From Beijerinckiaceae bacterium (GTDB taxonomy: Bacteria; Pseudomonadota; Alphaproteobacteria; Rhizobiales; Beijerinckiaceae), in assembly GCA_044368425.1 (NCBI GenBank), contig JBIPLL010000001.1, positions 1-35,806 of the forward strand: a stretch of 35,806 nt of DNA, given 5' to 3'. Below the pieces are notes generated by a model. The model worked only from the letters and a program-made list of their open reading frames with translations, was not told the DNA's origin and made no database searches. Of the stretch, positions 10,169 through 17,566 are shown in pieces. The number at the start of each line of letters is the position of its first letter. Position 1 is the first letter of the stretch. Both the position numbers and the translations under genes were made by a program.

Positions 10169-11172
10169 TGGGCGCGGGCGCGGGCAGCGGAGGCGCCATC
10201 ATTCAGGGCACCTCGTCGGCGGTGGTCGGTGCCCGGCAAGGGGCGGCCGGCCAGACGCTCGACGAGCTGATGCTCGCGATGGACGTCGTCGATACCCTGC
10301 GCCACCAGGATGCGATCGTCGCGCGCGAGCTCGACGAGACCCGCCGCGAGGCGGAGCTCATCGCGCGGTTGCGCGGCATCTATCACGGGCAGGGCATCGA
10401 GGTATCCGACGACGTGATCCGGCAGGGAGTGTCGGCGCTCAAGGAGAGCCGCTTCGTCTATACCCCGCCCGCGCTCGGGCTGAAGCGCACGATGGCGCTG
10501 ATCTGGGTCCGGCGCGGCCTCTATGCGAAGGTCGTCGCCGCGCTGATCGTGGCGATCGGGCTCGCATCCGGCGGCTGGTATTTCGGCTATGAGCGCCCGA
10601 GGCAGACGGAAATCGCGCGACAGAGCCAGGAGCTCACGCAGCTTTTGCCGCGCGCACTCGATACGGGCCACCGCGAGGTGATGGCGCTGGCAGCGTCCGC
10701 CACGGGACGCGAGCGCGGCGACCAGCTGCTGGCGGATGGCAAGGCGGCACTTTCGCGCGGCAACGCGGCGGGCGCACGGGCTGCCGTTGCGGGACTCGAG
10801 GAATTGCGCGCGCGCCTTGCCCAGAACTACCGCGTCATCGTCTATAGCCGGCCCGGCCAGCCGTCGGGCGTCTGGCGGCTGCCGCCGCGGCAGGCTTCGG
10901 ACCGGGGGCGCAACTATTATCTGATTGTCGAGGCCATCGGACCCGACGGCCAGCCCATGACCCAGTCCATCCGCAACGAGGAAGACGGCACGACCGAATC
11001 CGTCACGCGCTGGGGCCAGCGGGTCAGCCAGCAGGTCTATGACGTCGTGGCGCAGGACAAGCGCGACGACGGCGTGATCCAGCGCAATCTCGTCGGCGAG
11101 AAGCGGCGCGGCGAGGTCGATGTCACGTTCCAGATGCCGGTCGTGCCCGGCGCCACCATCACGCGCTGGTAA
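10168..11172 (+). CDS. Hypothetical single-pass membrane protein; gene 2 of the three-gene module
   Basis: The start ATG overlaps the upstream TGA (TGATG at 10166..10170). One hydrophobic segment, LYAKVVAALIVAIGLASGGWYFGY (about nt 10519..10590), is preceded by KRTMALIWVRRG, which by the positive-inside rule suggests an N-in topology. The N-terminal helical region contains LDELMLAMDVVDTLRHQD. The C-terminal ~190 aa look beta-rich and soluble. Confidence 0.75.
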   Translation: MGAGAGSGGAIIQGTSSAVVGARQGAAGQTLDELMLAMDVVDTLRHQDAIVARELDETRREAELIARLRGIYHGQGIEVSDDVIRQGVSALKESRFVYTPPALGLKRTMALIWVRRGLYAKVVAALIVAIGLASGGWYFGYERPRQTEIARQSQELTQLLPRALDTGHREVMALAASATGRERGDQLLADGKAALSRGNAAGARAAVAGLEELRARLAQNYRVIVYSRPGQPSGVWRLPPRQASDRGRNYYLIVEAIGPDGQPMTQSIRNEEDGTTESVTRWGQRVSQQVYDVVAQDKRDDGVIQRNLVGEKRRGEVDVTFQMPVVPGATITRW

Positions 11173-11181
11173 AGGTTCGCC

Positions 11182-12672
11182 ATGATCACCGGACGCCAGG
11201 CGCTGGCATCGATCGAACAGGCCATCACCGATGTGCGGGCGGGCGAAAGCCAGCTCGACGCGACCCTGCGCTCGGCCAGCGACGAGGCCGCGCGGCTGCG
11301 CGGCGAGCGGGCGAGCCTGTTCAAGGAACTGGCGCGCGTCAGGCTCGACATCTTCCAGCGGGAGGATGTGGCGCAGGTCCTCGATTCCGCCGAACGCAAG
11401 GCGATGGACATGATCCGCCGCCAGTCCGAGGCGCGCCGCGAGCGTGGCGAGGAGCGATCCCGGCTGATCGCGGCCGTCGAGACGGCGCAAGGCGAGCGCC
11501 ACCGGCGGGCGGAAGCGCTGGAACAGGCCCTCGACGCCTTCGAGGCGGCGCGCGAGACGGCCGAGCCGCGCATGCGCGCGTCGGTCGCGTGGCAGGCGCA
11601 GCGCAAGCGCATCGACACGGCCAGGGACGTGGCGCAGCAGGCACGGCGCAAGTCCGAGGTGGCGCAGGCCGATCTCGCCGAGAAGCGGCGCCCCTACGAG
11701 GACGATCCGCTCTTCATGTATCTGTGGAACCGGAAATTCGGCACCGCAGAGGACAATAGCAGCTTCTTTGCCCGGTTCTTCGACCGGATGGTCGCAAGGC
11801 TTGTCGGCTACAGCGGCGCGCGCGCGAACTATGCGATGCTGCAGGAAATCCCCGCGCGCCTGTCCGCTCATGCCCAGGCGCGCGAGGCCGATATTGCCCT
11901 GCAGGAACAAGAGATGGCCCGGATCGAGAGCGAGGGGCTGCGGGAGCATGGGGCTGGCGAGGCGATGGATGTGCTGGCACGGGCTCGCACGGCGCTCGTG
12001 ACGGCGGAAGAGGCACTCGCCATGCAGCGTGGGCGGCTGGCGCAACTCGACGAGGCCGACGAGGCGGATCGCAACGACGACAATTATGCCGCGGCCATCG
12101 CACTGATGGCCGAGGCCGATTCCCGGCAGGACATCCGCGATCTCTATCGCGAGGCGGCGCAGACGAAATCACCCGAGGACGAGGCGATCGTACGCCGCGT
12201 CGAGGCGGTCGACGCGGCCATTGCGCGTGCGGAAGAGGAAGTTACCGATATCCGCCGTCAGGCGCGCGATCTCGCCCGCCGCCGGATGGAGATCGAGAAG
12301 GAGCGCGATGCGTTCCGACAGCAGGGCTATGACGCGCCCGGCAGCACATTCGGCAACGAGAGCCTGCTCGGACAGGTCATCAAGGGACTGATCACCGGAG
12401 CCATCCAGGGCGCCGTGCTGCGCGACACATTGCGCCAGGGTCATCACCGGGACCGCCGCAATCCCGGCCCGATGTTTCCGATGCCCGGCGACAGCTGGGG
12501 TGCGCCGAGCGGCGGTCCCTGGGGCGGCGGGGGTGGCGGTGGCGGACTGCCGCCGTGGCTCGGTGGCGGCAGCGGCGGTGGAGGCGGCGGTCGTTCGTCT
12601 GGCGGAGGCAGTTCGGGCGGAAGCAGTTCGGGGGGCGGGAGCGACCGCTTCACGACCGGCGGGTCTTTCTGA
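11182..12672 (+). CDS. Hypothetical long coiled-coil protein with a Gly/Ser-rich C-terminal tail; gene 3 of the three-gene module
   Basis: 496-aa ORF starting 9 nt after the gene 2 stop. Long E/R/A/Q-rich heptad-like stretches flank a conserved-looking aromatic core, DDPLFMYLWNRKFGTAEDNSSFFARFFDRMVARLVGYSGARANY. The tail reads GGPWGGGGGGGGLPPWLGGGSGGGGGGRSSGGGSSGGSSSGGGSDRFTTGGSF. I saw no Walker or other catalytic motif and no TM segment. Confidence 0.75.
   Translation: MITGRQALASIEQAITDVRAGESQLDATLRSASDEAARLRGERASLFKELARVRLDIFQREDVAQVLDSAERKAMDMIRRQSEARRERGEERSRLIAAVETAQGERHRRAEALEQALDAFEAARETAEPRMRASVAWQAQRKRIDTARDVAQQARRKSEVAQADLAEKRRPYEDDPLFMYLWNRKFGTAEDNSSFFARFFDRMVARLVGYSGARANYAMLQEIPARLSAHAQAREADIALQEQEMARIESEGLREHGAGEAMDVLARARTALVTAEEALAMQRGRLAQLDEADEADRNDDNYAAAIALMAEADSRQDIRDLYREAAQTKSPEDEAIVRRVEAVDAAIARAEEEVTDIRRQARDLARRRMEIEKERDAFRQQGYDAPGSTFGNESLLGQVIKGLITGAIQGAVLRDTLRQGHHRDRRNPGPMFPMPGDSWGAPSGGPWGGGGGGGGLPPWLGGGSGGGGGGRSSGGGSSGGSSSGGGSDRFTTGGSF
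12508..12642 (+). repeat. Imperfect GGN triplet (Gly/Ser codon) low-complexity tract inside the 3' end of the 11182..12672 CDS
   Basis: Runs of ggc/ggt/gga/agc codons are visible at 12508..12642, for example ggcggcgggggtggcggtggcgga and ggcagcggcggtggaggcggcggt. Confidence 0.8.
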
Positions 12673-12673
12673 C

Positions 12674-12701
12674 GCCGGCATGGGCCGGCCGGTGTGACCG
12701 G
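12674..12701. terminator. GC-rich stem-loops between convergent genes (possible bidirectional terminator)
   Basis: GCCGGC-atgg-GCCGGC lies at 12674..12689 and CCGGT-gtg-ACCGG at 12689..12701, within the 36-nt gap between the stops at 12672 (+) and 12709 (-). There is no clear U tract. Confidence 0.25.
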
Positions 12702-12708
12702 TGCCTCG

Positions 12709-14904
12709 TCAGTCTTGCAGGGCCTGCCAGATCGCTGCGGGCGTGAAGGGGATGTCGACAGGCCCCCTGCCCCGCCTGGCGAGGGCGTGATTGACTGCAT
12801 TTCCGAGAGCCGCGAGGGCGCCCGTCGTGCCGGCCTCGCCCACGCCCTTCACGCCGAGCGGATTATTGGGCGAGGGGATCTCGACGAGCCGCGTTTCGTA
12901 ATGCGTGAGGTCGTCGGCGCGCGGTAGCGCATAGTCCATCAGGGTCGAGGTCAGAAGTTGCCCGTCCGCGTCGTAGCGGGCGGCCTCCATCAAGGCCCCG
13001 CCGATCCCCTGCGCGATGCCGCCATGGATCTGGCCCTCGATTGCGGCGGGCGACAGCGCGTGCCCGACATCGTCCACCGCCGTGTAGCGGGTCAGGCGCA
13101 CGACGCCGGTCGCCGGATCGACAAGGACTTCCGCGACATGGCAGCCGCTGGGAAAGCTCAGTGACGGCAAGGCCCGGCCTTCGGTCACGAGAGCCCCGTC
13201 CTCGCCAGATTCGAGCCGCTCCCGCATCGCCTTGCAGGCCGCGAGCAGGGCTGCGCCGACCGTGCTCGTGGTGCGCGAGGCGAAGGCTCCGGCACCGGCG
13301 AGGCCCTGGGCAACCGGCCGCAGCGCGATGCGCTCACCGGGGCAGTCGAGCGCCTGCGCGGCAACCGCGATCAGGGCTTCGGCCTGCGACTGCCCGGTGG
13401 ACTGGGCGAGCGTCTCGATGACGTAGAAGGGACCATCGGCAGTCAGTTCCCGGCACAGGCGCACGCTGTCATGCGTGACCGGTCCCCCGCCCGCCACTTC
13501 CACGAAGAGCGCAAGCCCGATGCCGTGCAGGAGACCCTGCCGGGCCGCATCGCGCGCGCGCGACCGGGCACCCTGCCAGTCGGACAGGTCAAGCGCCTCG
13601 GCCAGCAGGCGGGCATAATCGCCGCTGTCATAGCGCACGCCGACCGGCGTCACATGCGGGAAGGCCGAGGCCGGCACGAGGTTGCGGCGGCGCAGTGCGA
13701 CGCGGTCGATGCCAGAGATGCGGGCGGCCTCGTCAACCAGCCGCTCGACGAGAAAGGCGATGTCGGGCCGACCTGCGCCGCGATAGGGGCCGATGGGTAC
13801 GGCATTGGTGAAGGCGAGGCGGAAGGCGCCATGCGCCACGGGGATGCGATAGCAGCCGGTGAGTGTCTGGAGCGGGTTGTGGACATTGATATGGGCGCCG
13901 ACCGGCGTGACCCAGGCGCCGAGATCGGCCTCGTGGAGCACGCCAAGCGCCAGGAAGCGGCCACGCGCATCCAGCGCCAGCGTGCCGGTCAGGCGCGTGC
14001 CGCGCCCGTGATGGTCGCTGACGAAGCCCTCGAGCCGGGAGCCCTGCCAGCGCACCGGGCCGCGCAGGCGATGCGCGGCGGCAAGCAGCAATGCATGTTC
14101 CGGATAGGCTGGCCCACGCGCGCCGAAGGCCCCCCCGACATGCTCCGCGACGATGTCGATGCGATCCTCCGCCACGTCGAGCACGCGCGACAGGTCGCGG
14201 CGCAGCTCGGGTGCGCCCTGATGAGGGGCGTGCAGCGTGTAGCGGCGGCTCTTGGCGTCGTAGATCGCGAGTGCGGAGCGCGGCTCCATCGCATTGGGCA
14301 CGAGGCGCGGCAGCTCGACGGTCAGGCTCACGACATGGGCGGCGCGCTCGCGGGCCGCGCGGCAGCCCTGCGCATCGCCGGCCTCGACCTCGATGGCGAG
14401 GTTGCCGGGCACGTCGGCGTGGATCGCCGGTGCATCCGGGGCAAAGGCTGCATCGATGCCGACGATGGCCGGCAGGTCCGCATAATCGACCGTGATCAGC
14501 TCAGCGGCATTCTCGGCGCTGATGCGGTCGCGCGCCACGACCATGGCGACGATCTCGCCGACATAGCGCACCTTGTCGGAGGCGATGGGCGGGCGACCGG
14601 GCGCACGCAGAGGCGCCCCGTCACGGCCGGAATAGCGCAAATTGGCGGGAAAGGTGCCGAAGGGGCCGACATCGCCGGCCGCCCAGGCGGCGACAACGCC
14701 CGGCGCCGCGCGTGCGGCATCGAGATCGACGCAAAGGATGCGGGCATGCGCCCTGTCCGCGCGCAGGAAGACGGCGTGCAACTCGCGCGGTGACAGGAGG
14801 TCCGCCGTATAGGCGCCCTCCCCGCGCACGAGACGCAGGCGGCTGTCGCCTCCAGCGGCGCCGGTCGGAGTGCTGGCGGGCGGGCTGGTCCGGCTGCGGC
14901 TCAT
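12709..14904 (-). CDS. Xanthine dehydrogenase/aldehyde oxidase/CoxL-family molybdopterin-binding large subunit
   Basis: The Arg-rich first 69 codons of the track ORF overlap the upstream gene, so I place the start at ATG 14904 (MSRSRTSPP...). That ATG forms an ATGA overlap with the upstream stop at 14901. Family hallmarks include the a/b-hammerhead region (VRYVGEIVAMVVA), HVGGAFGARG (GGGFG-like) and a long C-terminal Mo-binding domain. Confidence 0.85.
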   Translation of the reverse strand: MSRSRTSPPASTPTGAAGGDSRLRLVRGEGAYTADLLSPRELHAVFLRADRAHARILCVDLDAARAAPGVVAAWAAGDVGPFGTFPANLRYSGRDGAPLRAPGRPPIASDKVRYVGEIVAMVVARDRISAENAAELITVDYADLPAIVGIDAAFAPDAPAIHADVPGNLAIEVEAGDAQGCRAARERAAHVVSLTVELPRLVPNAMEPRSALAIYDAKSRRYTLHAPHQGAPELRRDLSRVLDVAEDRIDIVAEHVGGAFGARGPAYPEHALLLAAAHRLRGPVRWQGSRLEGFVSDHHGRGTRLTGTLALDARGRFLALGVLHEADLGAWVTPVGAHINVHNPLQTLTGCYRIPVAHGAFRLAFTNAVPIGPYRGAGRPDIAFLVERLVDEAARISGIDRVALRRRNLVPASAFPHVTPVGVRYDSGDYARLLAEALDLSDWQGARSRARDAARQGLLHGIGLALFVEVAGGGPVTHDSVRLCRELTADGPFYVIETLAQSTGQSQAEALIAVAAQALDCPGERIALRPVAQGLAGAGAFASRTTSTVGAALLAACKAMRERLESGEDGALVTEGRALPSLSFPSGCHVAEVLVDPATGVVRLTRYTAVDDVGHALSPAAIEGQIHGGIAQGIGGALMEAARYDADGQLLTSTLMDYALPRADDLTHYETRLVEIPSPNNPLGVKGVGEAGTTGALAALGNAVNHALARRGRGPVDIPFTPAAIWQALQD

Positions 14905-15893
14905 CCCGGCAGGCGGAAGAAGGCGCGGGCCGTGCCGCCACAGATGGCGGCCATGGCTGTGGCGTCGAGACCGGCGCGCTCGACGGTGCCGAGCGGATCG
15001 GGATCGCCCATGTCGAAGGGATAGTCGGAGCCCAGCATGACACGGCCGGGGCCTGCGAGCTTGACCAGAGTTGCGATATGGTCGGAGCGGAAGACGCAGG
15101 TGTCGTACCACATGCGCGACAGATAGTCGGAGGGGCGCTGCTCCGTCAGGCGGCGCAATTCCGGCCGGTATGTCCAGGCATGGTCCATGCGCCCGACATA
15201 GTACGGGAAATAGCCGCCGCCATGGGCAACCAGAACCCGCAGTTCCGGGTGGCGATCGAGCACCCCGCCGAAGATCAGGTGGTTGATGGCAATGATCTCC
15301 TCGAGCGGCTGGCCGATCGTATTGACCATGAAGAACGCGCCGAATCGCTCGCCATGCGAGAAGCCGAGCGGGTGGATCATCAGCGGGACGTCGAGTTCAA
15401 CCAGCCGGCGATAGAGCGGATCGAGGCTCGCATCGGACAATTCGCGGTCGAGAACGCGCGAATCGACCTGGAAGCCGCGCAGGCCCTTTTCCTCGACGGC
15501 GCGGCCGGCCTCGTCGATCGCGGCCTGCACGTCGCTCATCGGCAGAGTGCCGAGCCCCCAGAATCGCGACGGCTCCTGCGCGACGAGGGCGGCGACGTGA
15601 TCGTTCTGGGCGCGTGAAATGTCGGCAAGCAACCCGGCCTCCGCCCAGTAATGCTGCTGGCCGGGCGCGGGCGCGATCACCTGCGCATCGATGCGCATGC
15701 GCGCCATGATCTCGCGGCGCGCGGCAAGGTCGTTGAAGCGGGGGCCGAGGACCGGTCCCTGCGCGGCATCGACCTCCTTGCTCTCGGGCGACATGTCGCG
15801 CTGGTAGGGCACGACGCCGGGACGCATGGCCGGCGCGACCATGCCATTGACGGCCGGGCACAATGTGTGGGCGTGGCAGTCGATGATGGTCAT
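14901..15893 (-). CDS. Amidohydrolase_2 (ACMSD/LigW/IDCase-like metal-dependent hydrolase or decarboxylase) family protein
   Basis: The true start is ATG 15893 (MTIIDCHAHT...), with an ATGA overlap onto the amidase stop at 15890. The HxH metal motif appears in IDCHAH, and the late acidic ligand motif in MLGSDYPFD. The upstream 117 codons of the track ORF are an Arg-rich artefact. Confidence 0.85.
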   Translation of the reverse strand: MTIIDCHAHTLCPAVNGMVAPAMRPGVVPYQRDMSPESKEVDAAQGPVLGPRFNDLAARREIMARMRIDAQVIAPAPGQQHYWAEAGLLADISRAQNDHVAALVAQEPSRFWGLGTLPMSDVQAAIDEAGRAVEEKGLRGFQVDSRVLDRELSDASLDPLYRRLVELDVPLMIHPLGFSHGERFGAFFMVNTIGQPLEEIIAINHLIFGGVLDRHPELRVLVAHGGGYFPYYVGRMDHAWTYRPELRRLTEQRPSDYLSRMWYDTCVFRSDHIATLVKLAGPGRVMLGSDYPFDMGDPDPLGTVERAGLDATAMAAICGGTARAFFRLPG

Positions 15894-17338
15894 GGCGTGT
15901 CCTTCGGAGCGGAGTCGGGAAGCGCGTCGAGGCCGTCGGGCCGGCGCATGTGCCAGTCCGTCACGCGCTGGAAGGCGTCGGCGACGCGCAGGAGCAGCTT
16001 TTCGCTCCAGGGGCGGCCAACGAGCTGGGCGCCGATGGGAAGCCGGCCGTCGGCAAAGCCGATGGGAAGCCCGACGACAGGCAGGCCGAGATAGTTGAGC
16101 GCGCGCGTATTGCGGGTCACACGTCCGATGACAGCGGCCACATCCTGCGGCGAGCCCCGCGTCGTCTCCGCAATGGAGGGCGCAGGCAACGGCACGCTGG
16201 GCAGAAGCGCGCAATCGGCACCGCCAAGCGCGACATCGAGCCATTCGCGCGCCAGCGGCCCGCGCAGCGACAGGGCCTCGACATAGCGCGTCGCGGGGTA
16301 GAACAGGCCGGGCTCGATGCGGGCGCGAACCTGATCCGCATAATCGCCGGGGCGCGTCTCAAGCCATTTGCGGTGGATGGTCGCCGCCTCGACCGCGATC
16401 ACCACGGCCAGCATGGCGTTGAGACGGTCCATGTCGGGGACCGGCGTCTCGATCAGGCGCGCGCCGCGATCGGCGAGCACGCGGGCGGCCTCATCAAGCG
16501 CCGCGGCGTTGCGCGGGTCGAGATCCTGCCGGTAATAAACCTGCGGCAAGGCGATGGTCAGGCCGCGGAGGTCACCCGTCAGAGCCGCCTCGCAGCCGCC
16601 TTGCGGAGCGCCGCGCGTTGTCGGATCGGCAGCGTCGGGGCCTGCGAGCACATCGTGAAGGCGGGCTGCGTCGCGGGCATGGCGCACGAGCGGGCCGATG
16701 CAGTCGAGGCTCGCGGACAGGGGCATGGTGCCGGCAAGACTGACGGCACCGTGGGTCGGCTTCAGGCCTAGAAGACCGCACATGGCAGCAGGGTGGCGGA
16801 TCGATCCGCCCGTGTCGCTGCCCAGCGCCGCAGGCACGCAGTCGGCTGCAACGACGATGCCGGAACCCGAGGAGGAGCCACCGCAGACATGGTCGGGGTT
16901 CCACGGATTGCGCCCATGACCGTCGTGCTCGTTGTAGCCGGTCGGGCTCATCGCGAACTCGGCCATGTGCAGCGTGCCGCAATCGACGGCGCCCGCCGCA
17001 TCGAGCCGGGCGAGAGCGGTCGACGTCACGTCCGGGCGGAAGCCGCGCCGGATCTTCGAGCCGCAGGCCGCCTCGCGACCGGCGCGGTAAAAGAGATCCT
17101 TGTGCGCCATCGGCACGCCCGCGAGCGGTCCGAGAGCGCGTCCGGCGGCCCGGTCGGCATCGATCCGCGCCGCCATGTCGAGCGCGCGCTGCGCCTCCAG
17201 CAGCACGACGCCGTTGAAGCGGCGCCCGCGCGTCGCGAGGCGGTCGATGGCAAGCTGCGCGACGGCCTGCGCCGTCGTCTCGCCGCGCGCCACGGCCCCG
17301 GCAATGGCGACGACGCCTTCTGCAATCCGTTCGCTCAT
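15890..17338 (-). CDS. Amidase-signature family amidase (AtzE/GatA-like)
   Basis: The start is ATG 17338 (MSERIAEG...), with an ATGA overlap onto the small upstream ORF stop at 17335. The amidase signature GGSSSGSG is present (CGGSSSGSGIVVAA), and the catalytic Lys context is MAHKDLF. Confidence 0.9.
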   Translation of the reverse strand: MSERIAEGVVAIAGAVARGETTAQAVAQLAIDRLATRGRRFNGVVLLEAQRALDMAARIDADRAAGRALGPLAGVPMAHKDLFYRAGREAACGSKIRRGFRPDVTSTALARLDAAGAVDCGTLHMAEFAMSPTGYNEHDGHGRNPWNPDHVCGGSSSGSGIVVAADCVPAALGSDTGGSIRHPAAMCGLLGLKPTHGAVSLAGTMPLSASLDCIGPLVRHARDAARLHDVLAGPDAADPTTRGAPQGGCEAALTGDLRGLTIALPQVYYRQDLDPRNAAALDEAARVLADRGARLIETPVPDMDRLNAMLAVVIAVEAATIHRKWLETRPGDYADQVRARIEPGLFYPATRYVEALSLRGPLAREWLDVALGGADCALLPSVPLPAPSIAETTRGSPQDVAAVIGRVTRNTRALNYLGLPVVGLPIGFADGRLPIGAQLVGRPWSEKLLLRVADAFQRVTDWHMRRPDGLDALPDSAPKDTP

Positions 17339-17559
17339 GGCTGCCTGCCTTTTTCGGCGCATTCCGCCTTGAACGCCTCGAAGGAGAGCGGCGTCGCATC
17401 GAGCGTCAGGACGGCGTCGGCAGCCGCGCGCACGGCCGCATTGAACTGAGCGACCGGTGCTGCGTGCCGGGCGGTGCGCCCGGCCGTCGCCGGCACGCGG
17501 TTCAGGTCGGCAGCAATGAAGGCGAGTGTCGAATCCCTGTCTGTCGGATCCTGTGCCAT
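17335..17559 (-). CDS. Small (74 aa) protein translationally coupled to the amidase; AtzG/HpxX/GatC-like accessory subunit candidate
   Basis: The ATG at 17559 (MAQDPTDRD...) lies 7 nt after the upstream ABC ATPase stop at 17567. The track's 17580 start is a TTG. The stop overlaps the amidase ATG. Size, position and the Ala-rich helical sequence ending ...TLDATPLSFEAFKAE fit the small partners of AtzE-type amidases. This is from memory and no profile search was run. Confidence 0.5.
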   Translation of the reverse strand: MAQDPTDRDSTLAFIAADLNRVPATAGRTARHAAPVAQFNAAVRAAADAVLTLDATPLSFEAFKAECAEKGRQP

Positions 17560-17566
17560 GGCGACC

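Noticed and set aside
8957-12045. Minus-strand ORFs 8957..9871 (304 aa) and 9976..12045 (689 aa), antisense to the three-gene module
   Set aside because: I considered whether the real genes are on the minus strand. The plus-strand frames have balanced composition (K, N, I, Y, F present), SD sequences, start/stop coupling and GC3 bias. The minus-strand products are Arg/Leu/Ala/Pro-rich with no motifs.
12508-12642. GGN-rich repetitive tract as a possible CRISPR array, VNTR locus or non-coding repeat
   Set aside because: It has no repeat-spacer periodicity. It lies in frame within a long ORF and simply encodes a Gly/Ser tail, so I kept it only as a low-complexity coding repeat.
14905-15111. N-terminal extensions of track ORFs (also 15894..16244, 17339..17362, 23879..24148, 25957..26037, 31244..31465, 32878..33090, 8129..8194)
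   Set aside because: The extensions are Arg/Pro-rich, overlap the 3' end of the preceding well-supported gene, and lie upstream of internal ATG/GTG codons that form classic ATGA/GTGA/TGATG coupling overlaps or have SD sequences. I used the shorter starts.
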